DNA of 64,000 nt from Daphnia carinata. Taxonomy: Eukaryota. The notes under the pieces were generated by a model that did no database searches, was not told where the DNA came from, and worked only from the letters and a program-made list of their open reading frames with translations. The position numbers and the translations under genes were made by a program. The stretch is from the NCBI RefSeq assembly GCF_022539665.2, contig NC_081331.1:3348001-3412000 (forward strand). Direction: 5' to 3'. Of this stretch, positions 1-12,512 are shown piece by piece (the stretch's first letter is position 1; each line of letters starts with the position of its first letter).

Positions 1-53
1 TATATTTATTTACAGATTTACAGTTTATGTCAGAATCAAACTTGCCCATCCTT

Positions 54-648
54 TTACAGATCTACCCTAGCAGACATTCCCAGAGGAATTGATTTCATTT
101 CAGAACGCATGCAGAGAAATTCTGCTAGAACACATGTGATGGTTACACAAGAAAACTGCAGGACCCACCACGATGCTGAATAAGGCCATCCTGAGTTGTA
201 AATTAAAGATGCAACCAAATGCAGGAAAAACGCTGTGACACTGAAATCGAGGCATAGTTTTGTCCTTTGGACGATAACCCAAAGAGAGGTAGCACTAAAA
301 AATTTAACTCATTACTTGTTTTGCTCAATTGCCTATTAAAACAATTCTAATATCAAATTACCTGATAAGAGAATTTAATAGGAAACAAGCAACAACAAGA
401 CGTCCACTAACATCTTTTACGTTTACTTCCTAAATGAACTAAAACATTAAAAATTTCTCAAGCTGGTAAAGAAAATCAAATACCTGATATTTAAAGATGT
501 AGTCAATGGAAACAGGATGCCCAGCAATAACATTTAATAGTAATATAATCCATAATCCAAGTGAAACATACATGATGCATTGTACAGCTACTATTTGAGA
601 TATAATCAAAGGAGGATCCCAGATCGCTATTCTAAATGAGCCGCTCAT
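54..648 (-). CDS. SYS1: SYS1 Golgi trafficking protein, 3 exons (648-484, 429-362, 294-54), 157 aa
   Basis: The spliced translation MSGSFRIAIWDPPLIISQIVAVQC...IVQRTKLCLDF...LAEFLCMRSEMKSIPL...ARVDL* carries the SYS1 motifs (WDP.LI..QI, R.K.CLDF, E.LC...E...IP). Both introns are GT-AG and the frame closes. Confidence 0.95.
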
Positions 649-1438
649 TTTCTTTCGTAACAAATTTGTCTAAACGAAGGTAACGAGGGGAACTAGTAGT
701 CGAAGAATGGAACGGTGGGTGACGTAATAATATTTGCTCTGAAATACGATGACATTTCATATGATAATAGGTTAATAGCTGGGTGCTAAACAACATCCTT
801 TAGATCATTTGCTAGCCTTCACCGTCGATTCAAGATTTCAACGTGATTCAACAGAACTTTGTTTTAAGATAAAAAAACCGATGAACCAATACATTTGAAA
901 ATTTTTATTAATAGCATTAGAATTTATCTTTTTTCTTCTACAATTTTTGTACCGAAATTATACATATCGGCTTCCAAAAATCTTGGCTCATCGTCTGCAT
1001 CCAGCGAAATGAGCTTTCGTTTCTTATTATACGTGGTTAAATCATTCCAGTTATTACCAGTTGAGAAGGGTGTAACTTTATACGTAGCCTTGAACAAGGC
1101 ATTTCGGTAATATTAATTGGAGTTCTTGAGCTCTTTGTTTTGTTTATCGCTGCCCAGATAGAAATCAAAACGGAGTTACTACGTTCGAAATACAGCTATG
1201 CGAAGGTGTTGACGAAGTGCTGCTAAATGTGTGCATGAAACTTGAAAGGAAAATATCAAGGAGCTTTTGAAGTGTCTTTTGTTACATTTGCATACGCCAG
1301 TATCACTCAAGCAAATAGTCTTGAAGGACTTTCAAACATTTAAAAATACCTGTAGTTCTAGCCACTGCACGTGTACAGTACTTATTTGCCCTTCAAGACG
1401 AAACCCATGTAGGTAAACTTGATCGACACCACATTGTT

Positions 1439-1542
1439 GCGGGGTGAATCCAGAAAAGAACTGTGATTTCATCTCAAGCCTTAGAGAGCGGTGAATTCAA
1501 AGACGAATTGTGATTTCATCTCAAACCTTAGCGAGCGGTGAA
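1439..1542. repeat. Short tandem duplication, 47-bp period, ~2.2 copies
   Basis: gaactgtgatttcatctcaagccttagagagcggtgaa (1458-1495) matches gaattgtgatttcatctcaaaccttagcgagcggtgaa (1505-1542) with 3 mismatches in 38 nt. Confidence 0.85.
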
Positions 1543-4500
1543 ACGAAGGACAGCATTTAACCCACAGTGTCAGGCGTTACAGCAGCCTTATCAAATAAAA
1601 CCAATTCAAGAAATTATTTTTAACGAAAATTGCGAGATTTAACCATGGTAGTGAAAATATTTAATTAAGAAATGGTTGTTTTATTTCGAAAAACGATGGC
1701 AAAACAAGCTCTGGTCAGTCCCACCACCTGGTAGTCGATTTTGTCACTATTAAGCTACGCATATTTACTAGGTCTCAATTCGAAAGCCTAAAGGCCTTGG
1801 AGGAATTTTCTCCAGAGGTGGCCTTGCATTGCAAATTTGCTAGTTGGAGAATGTAAACCATTTCAGCGTCTTCATGAAGATGACTAACGTGGAAATTATA
1901 CGTTGACGTCCCAAAAAGAAAATACTAATTGCTCGTTCTTGTAAACCTCGTTTGATTACTCGGAAGATCGGCCTACATAAATGTGTTGGAGAGACTTCTC
2001 GATCAGATGTCTGAAAAAGCTCTTGGTTACTAAGACGAGCTAACTGTCCTCTCTCCCATTTCCAAGAATGACATTAACTACACCGAAGGTCACTCTAGCC
2101 AGAAAACGGATGGTCATTTTTATGACTTTATTTTACTTCAGTCAGCATAGCCGTTCGGCTTGTTTAATAAGAAAGGAGTATCAAATTGATTCTTACTATC
2201 CTGACAATATTCAAAATATCTTACAGGACCACATTGAGCCCGAGCTAATCATCCGTTTCAACCAGATTACCAGTGTATGTGACCCACATGGGACAAGAAG
2301 CGGAAACGTGAGATTTTTCAGGCGAAAAATTTACCGAGGCTGGGTATTTTACCTACTTATTTGGTCTTAATAGCAGAGATAAAACCACAATTTTTTTCTC
2401 GACAGTAATGTTGCGCCTTTAATTCAGTTGTTCTCCAGATGGGGCATTGCATTTTTAAACAAGTGATCTGTAATGAAGTGTGATCATTAATAGGTAGGGA
2501 TGAAAAGATTGTAATCGAGGCCAGATAGAGGTATCTAGATTTACAGGTTTCAATTTCAAACGAGATTCAAAATAAATCACTAATTAAGAGAATTGCTTTC
2601 ACCCACACTAGTTTTAACGTCATTTTATTAACAAGGGAAGTGAAACTTCTCAATGGTTAAAAGTTTCTCTAGAATCAAGAAAACAACAAAAATATTATTT
2701 AAAAATATTTTACTTCTTGTTAAAGGAGAAGCTGAATAGACAGGTAAAACTGCAAGCTGGTATATTGAACGGAAGGCTCGTCGAGGGCAGGAAAATGACG
2801 AGCTATTTAAATCACGTGCTGGGCAGCGGTCCAATGACACAGGACCACGTGATGCTGAAAATATATATGACCAACAAAAATCATTCTGGGCACCGTTCAT
2901 CGTATCGTGACCCTTATTGCACCATAATACCAAATTACCAAAGTTTTTTATCCTGAAATGTTATCGCTGTCGGGTCTATTTAATTATTTATATTTTGAGA
3001 GAAATAAACAAACTGCTGAAGTAACGAGGTAGTGGCTTTTAATTTTCTAGTTTTAAAGAATTTTATGTAGACCTGCTCAAACAAACGTGTAAACAAAGAT
3101 TAAATTTTTCCATTTTCACTTAATTTTGCCGTATTTTTTTAGTTATGTTACTTGTCCACTAGGTGTCGTCTAAAGCTGAGAGCATTTCGTACGACTTACA
3201 GCCATACCGTAGATTTGGCGACACTGTCGAAGATAGAGGGCTTTCCTTCTATGTTTTATGAGTACAAGCAGGAAAGCCCAGAAGGAGGAGAAGTGGGACG
3301 GGACTCTTACCTGGTAGGCGGGAGAAGAAGGTATGAGTACCTGATCAGCTGCAGAAGTGTATTTTATTTAGGTTGTTGTTTCGCTTTCTGAAGCAAATAG
3401 AAAGTTTGCAATTCCAACGTATCATTCGGCCCCAGTACGCTGAACAAGACGGTTCCCAACATCACAACGCTTTGAAATATCGAAGGTCTTTTGATCAGCT
3501 GACTAAATTTCGTCTGTTGACTCTGATCCAAGTTCCACCAACGAGAGAAACCGTCGAGAAAGCTACACATTTTCTCCTAGTTGGAAAATACCTAAGGGGT
3601 TTGCTGTTTTCCTGTATCATTCCTTAATTTCCAGAGGTAAGTCTCTTTTTCGATTGAAGGTTTTATCTACTGCCAAACATATTCCGAAATTTGAATGTAC
3701 ATTACGCAACCCCAGAACGGTATTTGTTACTGTACATAGCAGCTTTGACGTAGAATTTTCAGGGTCAAGCTAGTTTCATTTGGTCGAGTGCAGTTTTCTA
3801 TCTACATTCATGACGTAACAAAACATGTGATAGTTAAAGGCAGTGTAGATATCCCGGATGCTTTATTTAAGTTGCGTTTAAAAAGGAGTCATGTATTCAA
3901 GCATAACATTGGTAGTGGGGGGGAGTTACGTGATGTAAAATAGGCCAGGTAAATTTTCAGGGGTAGATCTCTAGAGACGATGAGGATAAACACCCTCCTT
4001 TTCCCCTCTTGGTTTACTTTTTTCTTAAGAAAAAAGCTGAAAAAGAAGCCTCCAGATAGCATTGGTTTTGTTTCTTTGTTGTATGCCCTATTTTTGCTTC
4101 CAGAAAACTTTCTAATTTGAGAGCCGAATGGTGAGGCCTTGGGCTATACTGTACTTAGTAATTACGGTATTTGCAAATTGTCACTGGAAGCTGTCCATAA
4201 TCATTTTACCTAGTCGTGATGGTATTCGGATTGAGTCCGTCATGTCTTCATGGCAGTTACGTTCTTCAAAAGATTTTACAAAGCTTAACCGATGATTGAA
4301 GTTAAGCATCTGTAAGGGAGAAAAAGAGAACGAAAATCGGGCTGCGGTGGAACTAGTACATATGGCAGGTGTTTTCGTCGCAAATGTATCGTGAATCTAA
4401 GTCCCGGATGTAAAACAAATGTGTGGACCAAACAGCTTTCTTCACACATCAATCGGTTAATTCACTAAATGCGTCAATAAGGTTCGTCACCTTTTATCAG

Positions 4501-7126
4501 CTTCATGTTTTTTTTTCCCTTTTACGTATATCCGTAAAAAAAAAGTGCGTTGCATCTGGCAACATAATTTGTTAAACACACATTCGCCCAGTTGCGTTAG
4601 CAGACTGCACGTTTACTTATCGTTCCTATTCCTTTTCCATTTATTCAATTCAGTTGGAGCTTTTAATGTGGAACAGCTGTGAGTTTGTTGCCCTATGCCA
4701 GTTATAACCCACAATTACTTTATTCCCAAACCCAGAACGTTTCCTAAGTTTTGCGATCCGGTTGGACAATACTTTTTCAACATCCACTTTGTTTTATTCT
4801 AATGGCTAAAGCTTTCCTATCTAAGAAAAATACGTCAACAGCTAGAAAGTAAATGTTCAAAGAGAACAATGTCTGAGTGCCGTCAGATCAAAAGCTTCAA
4901 AGGAACGTTCAGATAAGTTAATTGTTTGACTTAAGTGACGCACGCAGCGGTATAACCTGCACCTAAAAGATAACGCCCACGCGGATTTAGTTGGTCAATG
5001 TCATGATTTCCATAGCCTTGCTCACGGCAGCGTGAAATATTTTTTGGCCAAAGAGAAAGTTCGTATCCGCAAACAATTTACAAAAACGCAGATGACAATT
5101 AGCATTGGCAAGTTTAAGCGAGTCTTATAAACCTTTCAACCCAATCTGCCTTCAGCCAACCGAAACATAATTGAAGTATTGTTAGCCGAATTGTATGGAA
5201 TATTATCTAATGCAACCACTCAACAGGAAACCGCAAAGACATAAATGGTTTCTTGGTTAAAGAAAAACGATTGTCAATCTCAGTTTCGGTTGTAGAATTT
5301 GTATGCAACAGTTAGTCTTTTGTTGAGCAAGGGGGGGGGGGATGTGGGAGACAGCGTATCGACATTGTGTTCAGGGTTGAATGTAAATCGTGCAATGTCT
5401 GCCATTTCGAATTAATCAAGCCAGGAAACTTTCTATCTCGTAATGTACTGTGATTTCCCAATATTTCCTTCTATCCCTTAATTAGAATCTCGGTTGAGAA
5501 ATTAGTTCCTTAGCACTGTTTATGCTTTCGTGAAAGGCTATACGAGTAAAAACCGATATCTAATTAGATAATCGAGACATGTCTTCTCTGATTGCCAGGA
5601 TATGTCATTGTGGGCCTCTTTCCAAGTTTCCAGGTCGTTCAATGAGGTTTCTCGTGACCTAATGGAAACGATGAACTGAGAGCTCGAAACCTTTTCTATT
5701 CAAAGCTCAGGGGCTTACGTGCCGCGTGTCACGTCGCACTTGGGTAATGGTTCCAAAGTCTCGTGCCCAATGAAAACTGCTGAGGATTTAACACGAGATT
5801 TTTAAGTGGGAAGTCGATCAGATTCACGATTGCGCGCCAGGGCCATGCCCGGTCAGTACGGCAGTACTCATTCGATGTTGGCGTGCTGTTGCTTGGATAG
5901 AAAGTGTAATCTTGAGGTCATCTTGGGGTATCAATGAAGTCGCTCTATCCGTAAAAGAAACGTTTGTAAATAATCCACCAGAGGCTCTCTCGCATAGATC
6001 CCATGGTGGTTGAGTACATCTGCTGAACTCCGTCAGCTTGAGTCGCAGCATCTTTTTTACACTTGTTAATCTCGGAAGCTCAGAGACGACGAAACAGAAA
6101 GGAGGGCGTTTACATTTCTTTGCAGGGAAGTCGATAACATAACATGAAAATAAGGTCGTCTTTCGTTTTTTAGTTAATGTAGCCTTTCAGTTCTTGGTCA
6201 CCACGAGTGCCGAGTGTTGTCGTGCTACAATAATCTCATAGAAAGCTGAGACCTCAGCTGCGGTGCTTTTTACTGTTTACTTGATTGCCCAGCAATCTCG
6301 TGTTGCACGCGATTCCGATGATTGCGCAGCACCCCGTCAAAAATACAACATAATAAGCTTCAACGGTGTACCATTAGCGGGATTAATTTGCTATGATTAC
6401 CAAGTAGGTCTCATCGTGTCAGTGATTTCATTCTTACGCCATTTTACGCTTTGGTATTTAATTGTTGATGGCTCATTCATCTCTGGTATCCTCTTGGACT
6501 ACAAAAGTTTTTACATTTGACTATTGGAAATACCTCTTAATGCGTGTTTCATCAAATATCTCACATCCTACGTTTGAATAATTGAGCGTCGAATCAGTAT
6601 AGTGTGACAAATGTTTGTTAGTGCAACTCGAAATTTCAAAAGAAAGAGCATTTTTTTTGGCTAGGTTGCAAACTTTTTTATTTACAGGATTGATTGATAG
6701 CCACAAATGGAAACGTCAGTGCATCTAATCTAAAAATATAGATTATATTTATAGTGGTGTTGTTATCCTTACCAATAAAAGATAATTTAGTTGGGTACTT
6801 GCCTTCTCAGTGCACGCACTGGCGATTACGAATCTATTTCAGTTTCTAGTTTGTGTAATACTCTTGGCGAATTTATTTTGTCTGCAATTTGTGGTATAAC
6901 ACTTACTTTCCTTTCATTAAATTTTTACTGTTCTAAAATCCCATTTTGAATACTCATAAGTAAATTGCGTAAAGTGTTAAATGAAATTAATAGAGGAAGT
7001 AAACGACTCAATTAATTCTTATTCTACACTTTCATGTTCTCTCTGCCATCACATTAACTAGTGATAAATTTATGTTAATATTTAACACTTGCTTTTTTTT
7101 TTCTTGTTTATCATAGGTGTTTTAAA

Positions 7127-8887
7127 ATGTGCCCGCTGTGGCCCTTACATATCATCCTGCTCTACGTCTTGTGTGTGGCGCCGCTGCTGTTGATGGCTCA
7201 GCATGTCCATGTTAGTAAACCAAATCAGCAGCCCAAACAGTTGAAAGTGGCCTTCGGCCCGGAAATGAGCGAGAAAATCACCGAAGGCGAGACCAAGATT
7301 ATTGAATTCCAGATCGCCAATATGGATAACTTTGAAGACAGAGGATCATTAGAAGTTGAAGTGTCATCGGTTCATCCAGATATAGCTTCCGTCCAATATG
7401 TTGGAGACACAAAGGATTTTTCGCCCAACACCAACTGGACCGGTAGCTTCAACTTAACCGCCCGTTTTTTGGGTTATACCCAAGTAGTTGTCAGGTTATG
7501 GGGAAATATTTCCATCAATCGAGTTGCTGGCAAAGAGGTTGTTGCCCAGTCTGAACCTGCGAAAGTGGCTGTAATTCGTGCCCATAGAGCCGTTGACAAG
7601 GCATTCATCTACACCATTGCAATTCTCGTATCAGTGGCTTTTATCAACATGGGCTGCATGCTGGACTTAGACATTGTCAAGGCAACGCTAAAGAAACCAA
7701 TTGGACCAGCTATCGGCTTTTGTTGCCAATATATTTTTATGCCTTTGGTATTATGATTTGCTTTTTGCTGAAATTTATACATTTAGATCGCTTTCCAGGT
7801 ATTAACTTACCTTTTTTATCTCTATAGTGTGCTTACGGATTGGCCAAACTCTTGTTGGCGAATAATGTGGCCCTTCAGTTGGGCTTGTTTGTCACTGGAT
7901 GTAGTCCAGGAGGTGGGGGTTCTAACTTGTGGACCTACATCTTGGGAGGCAATCTTCATCTCAGCGTTACCATGACGTTTCTTAGTACTTTAGCAGCATT
8001 TGGTATGTATTGAAATAATGTAAGTTTATGCCATTGTACTTGTTTTAACCTTACGATATACCCAATTGCGTACAGCTATGATGCCGTTCTGGACCATGAC
8101 ACTTGGTCGTTTAATTTTTGCGGAAGGCCATATCGTCGTGCCTTACCGCAACATTGCTACTTTAGCCGGTGGGCTAGTTATTCCGTTGATGGTGGGTTGT
8201 CATAATTATTATACACTTTTTCCCATTCTAATTGCACATGTTTGTTGTTTAGGTTGGTCTGTTGATTCGTCGCCTTTTCCCCAGGGTTGCAGATTGCTTA
8301 GCCAAAGCACTGAAACCTCTTGCTGGCATATTTATTTGCGTAATTGTTGTGTTTGGCATTTACGCCAATCTGTATATGCTTCAGCTATTAGATTCTATGG
8401 TAATCAGACCTAGCTTGTTAGTATCACCAAACTACGTTGCTTAAGAAAAAAACAATTTTTGTAGGTCATGTTATCTGCAATGTGTTTGGTTCTTCTTGGC
8501 TATGCCTTTGGCGGGACGGCAGCTGCTATTTTGCGTCAATCCTGGTCTGATGCCCTTACGATTGCCGTCGAAACGGGTATCCAGAACACTGGAATCGCCA
8601 TCTTTATTTTACGCGTTACGCTGGACCAACCTGAGGCGGACATTAACACAGTGGTTCCAGTTGCCGTGGCTATAATGACACCTATCCCACTGGTTATTCT
8701 CTGGGTGCTGCAGAAATGTGTGCTGTCACGTTTCGGAATTTGCGTGGTGCCAAATCCGGATGAGAAGATCTGCCCCGTCGCTTGCATCGAAGACGGACCG
8801 CAGCACAACAGTGCGAGTGTCGAAAAACTTCTCCCTAACAACAATGAGTTGCCTGTGAATTGTAAGGGATTGGCGATCAACCAATAG
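7127..8887 (+). CDS. SLC10 family sodium/bile-acid cotransporter (P3/SLC10A3-A5-like, with signal peptide and luminal N-terminal domain), 5 coding exons (7127-7747, 7828-8002, 8076-8191, 8253-8399, 8465-8887), 493 aa
   Basis: SBF motifs present: NMGCMLD, KKPIGPAIGFCCQYIFMPL, GCSPGGGGSNLWT, LSVTMT, IAVETGIQNTGIA. All introns are GT-AG and in frame. A probable non-coding exon at ~6840-6959 splices to the acceptor just upstream of the ATG. Confidence 0.92.
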
Positions 8888-9622
8888 AATCTTATATCTC
8901 AGTTTGCAGTTAAAGAGGAGGGAGCTACTTCGTAGATCAAAGTCGAACGGATTTTTTGTCATTTGTAATGATAAAATAGTGCGCAAGCTTATTCTTCACC
9001 CCTTTTTTTCTAATCCGTAAATTCCATCGGTGTAATGTCGTTCGATCACGCTGTCGTTTATAAAGGGTGAATAATTGAAAAAAAAATCTCTAGATTTCAG
9101 TATTTGAACGTTAAATCGTGTGAAAGTAATACCAAACGTTGATGTCGGTTTGCAATACTTCCACATGTACCTATGCTAAAAGAAAACTATTAACACATTC
9201 ATAATGAAACCTTTCGAGTCTTGTATGCGAAAAATACGGCAAAAGAAGTTCGACAATGAGCCCTCTTTAATGGAAACAAGGACGCCGTCCCACATTTCTC
9301 GTTTCATTTTGGTGTCGGGTTTTCTTGGGAGTTCAAATATATAGCCTCTGGCAACTTGATTTTTGTGTTTGGCTGTCATTAACGTAACTTCTCAAGCCAA
9401 TTTGATAATTTTTGGTTGAGTCAAATTTTAAAATTTTTAATAGACAGGTAACATATATTCTTGGTGAGAACAAGCGATGGGTTACACTGCATCTACGCAA
9501 GTCAAATGTTAAGCCAATGGAAGGAACAGTATCCAAAATCAAAAACTGAAGCAAGGCTATATCATTTATTCCTGAAAGATGGCAGGAAAGAAAATTAGCA
9601 GCATACAATCAACACACAAATT

Positions 9623-10130
9623 TTAGGCGCTATGGATCCCCAATCTGAAAATATCATGTTGCAAGAAGAATGTATCACCAATGGGTTTCAAAACAAATGT
9701 TTGTGAGAAAGAGTGTGGAGGATCGTCATCAGTCTTCAGCTGTCCAAGAACGTTGATTAAAATTCCTCCATCAAACATGGGTTGACAATCCACTTTAGTA
9801 ATGATGTGCTGAATTTTCTGGAACGTTAAACCCTAAAATGCAGAGGAGTATGAAAAATTTAGAATTTTATTAGCAAATTCAGTTACAAATGTTCTTACAT
9901 TAAACTTCTCCATTATATTATGAGCTCCTTGTATTTGGATTCCTTCGAATGTCATGAGGGAAGTTTCTGCCTGCATAATACAAAGATAGCAAAAACAATT
10001 TCTCAATGGATAGATTCATATTTACATTGTAAAAGTTGATCAAGGTTCCAAAATTTCGTTCGTCGAAAGTAGAATAGTACTGCTGAGCAAACGCTTGTCC
10101 AATGGCATCATACTGTGGATTTAAGGCCAT
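9623..10130 (-). CDS. NTF2: Nuclear transport factor 2, 3 exons (10130-10026, 9970-9899, 9832-9623), 128 aa
   Basis: MALNPQYDAIGQAFAQQYYSTFD...SLMTFEG.QIQG...LTFQKIQHIITKVDCQPMFDGGILINVLGQLKTDDDPPHSFSQTFVLKP...HDIFRLGIHSA* is the canonical arthropod NTF2 sequence. Confidence 0.97.
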
Positions 10131-10345
10131 TTGTGGAGAAAATCAATATGAATCTAACGCAAATTGGTGTTGCCAAAAAAAGACGCCCTAACAAATTCTA
10201 GATCGAATCCTTTCTACGGACTTCACGAAACTTCGAACACCACTAGGACAAACGTTGCCTGCGTGTAGTCAACTCCGTAACTTTGGTGAGAAGTCGCTGT
10301 GCTGACTACTGTCTGACTTAACAGAAGTGTTGCCAAATTTACAAC
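10131..10345. promoter_or_regulatory. Bidirectional promoter region shared by NTF2 and mRpL39
   Basis: The divergent ATGs at 10130 (-) and 10346 (+) are only 215 nt apart, so both 5' UTRs and promoters must fit here. Confidence 0.75.
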
Positions 10346-11991
10346 ATGGCCGGCACGGCACGTTTTCAATTTTTGTCCACATTTTCAAGTAAGTAAAAGG
10401 CAGAGACGAAAATAGTAGTAAATATATTAGTTTCTTAGATACTGAAGTATTGATGTTCGATTGTTTCAGGGCAGTTCAATACATTAAATACCGCGACCAC
10501 CAGTCAACCAAAGATTCGGATCGACGAAATTCGTGGGAGACGTCTAGCTATTTTCGATGAGGAACACAAGAGACAACAAGCTTTAATCCCACGTTTGGAG
10601 AAAGTAGAAGTCACGTATGAAGGATGGAACGATGAAAAAACTACTCTTATTATGAATAAAGGAGTCTCTACTCCATACAATTGTGCCCAACGTAGGTGGT
10701 TTTCACCCAAAATCAGCTCTTGAGAATCTTAATGTGTAAATAATTGATATTGCAGATATCAATGAACAATTGTTGAAGAGGTCAGTTGTTGCTGAGGTCA
10801 ATGGAGAAATTTGGGATATGCACCGTGCTATACCAGCTGATTGTACATTAAAGCTGTTACATATGAAACCAGAAGATCCACACCAAGCAACACTAGTCAA
10901 TAAAGCGTTTTGGCGTAGCTGCAGTTTCCTGTTAGGAGCTGTTGTTGAAAGTGCATTTCAAGATGAAATTTCTGTTTGCCTTCACAGCTTTCCACCTGCT
11001 AATGGTAATTATTACTTTGTTAATCTTAAAACCTGAGATCTAACTACGTGTGAAAAATTCTACAAATCTAGTACGAAGTGGAAGTTTTGTACATGATGTG
11101 CAACTGAACCTTAGTGATTGGGTCCCTAGCCAGGTGAATATTTCATAAGTCATTACATTTTTATTATGTAATTGTGACACTATAATACCACTCTAACTCG
11201 TATTATAATGTAAACTTACTTTCTAAATAGTAATAATAACGAAGAGCTAATAGCATACGGTTTCATATTGCAGAATGATCTTCGACAGATAGCGGCGTCC
11301 TTTCAGAAGTTTGTGAGGCAAGATCATGTTTTTCAACGGTTGGATGTTGATTCTTCCGTGGCATTGAAATTGTTTGAAGATAACGCTTTCAAAGTCGAAC
11401 AAATCCCACATATTGCCACGAAGTCTAGTACAGGCCGTTCTGTTACCGTTTATAGAGTCGGTATGTTTTTGATACAGTCTTGTAAAAATTATTTTGAAAA
11501 GGTATACAGTCCCAGTAATAATTTAAACCTAACCGAAGGTGATCATATCGATATCAGCCGCGGACCCATGATCGCATCATCCTCCTTGGTTGGTCGGTGT
11601 TCTATAGCTTCGGTTTGTAAAAATTATTATTAGTTTGTTTTTCTCGGAAATTGAAAGCTTTAAAATATGCTTATTTCGATTTCCTAGATTCATAAGCTAA
11701 ATTCCAAACTTTACCGCTTCCAAGGAGTTGCCCTGCCGTCAGAAATTCATGTAATCGTAGAATAGAAAGTTAAATGGTCAAAATTGTGATTAACGTAATT
11801 CATTTTTACAGATAAACCACTTTGCTTTTGGAATTCTCGAGTCCCGTGCACGAAAATTGGCAAGTTCCAATCCCAAACTACAATTCGACATATTTTTCGT
11901 ATTAAGTTCGTTTATTATTATTATTATTATATGTTTTATGTATGCGCCATTTCAGAATCCGGCAAGGACTCCTGAGCTGAAATCGAACTAA
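10346..11991 (+). CDS. MRPL39: Mitochondrial ribosomal protein L39 (mL39), 9 exons (10346-10388, 10470-10691, 10756-11004, 11072-11133, 11274-11460, 11539-11612, 11688-11750, 11812-11859, 11956-11991), 327 aa
   Basis: TGS/ThrRS-like motifs present: MNKGVSTPYNCAQHI, WDMHR, VNKAFWRSCSFLLGAV, SGSFVHD, YRVGDHIDISRGPMI, YRFQGVALP, RARKLNPAR. The last intron needs a GC donor. Confidence 0.93.
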
Positions 11992-12512
11992 TGAGAAACC
12001 GACGTGGAAGGATCGTGATTGTCTTGGATGCGGCCAAGAACGTATAGTTGATAACTGGCAATGTATTTTCATTGATAATAAAAGCAATAAGCTAATGTGG
12101 ATAAAGACAATGTCCTAGATGTCTTCAGAAAATCGTGCTTGATCGATGTTATGGTGGGATACGGATCCATTCGCTACGCATAAAGTTGACTTACAAACGT
12201 TTTGAATCACATTGATTGACATACATCTAGGTGCTCGCGCAATATCTTTCTTTTTCATTTTTAATTCTTGGTTGTTTTATTTATTTATTTTTTTCATCAA
12301 AATAATCTCACATTAAAGAGACAAAAACATCGATCGATTGCGGCCCTGGTTGAGGGCCACTGCCTACTTCCAAATCTAAGATTTCTCGATTACGATGTGG
12401 CATTGTTCTAGGAATACCATTCTTAATCATTCAGTAAATGTAGAAAATTCAGCGTTCTATTTTGAGTATAAAAGTTTTATTTTATCCCAGCAATGAATGT
12501 TTCTACATATTT

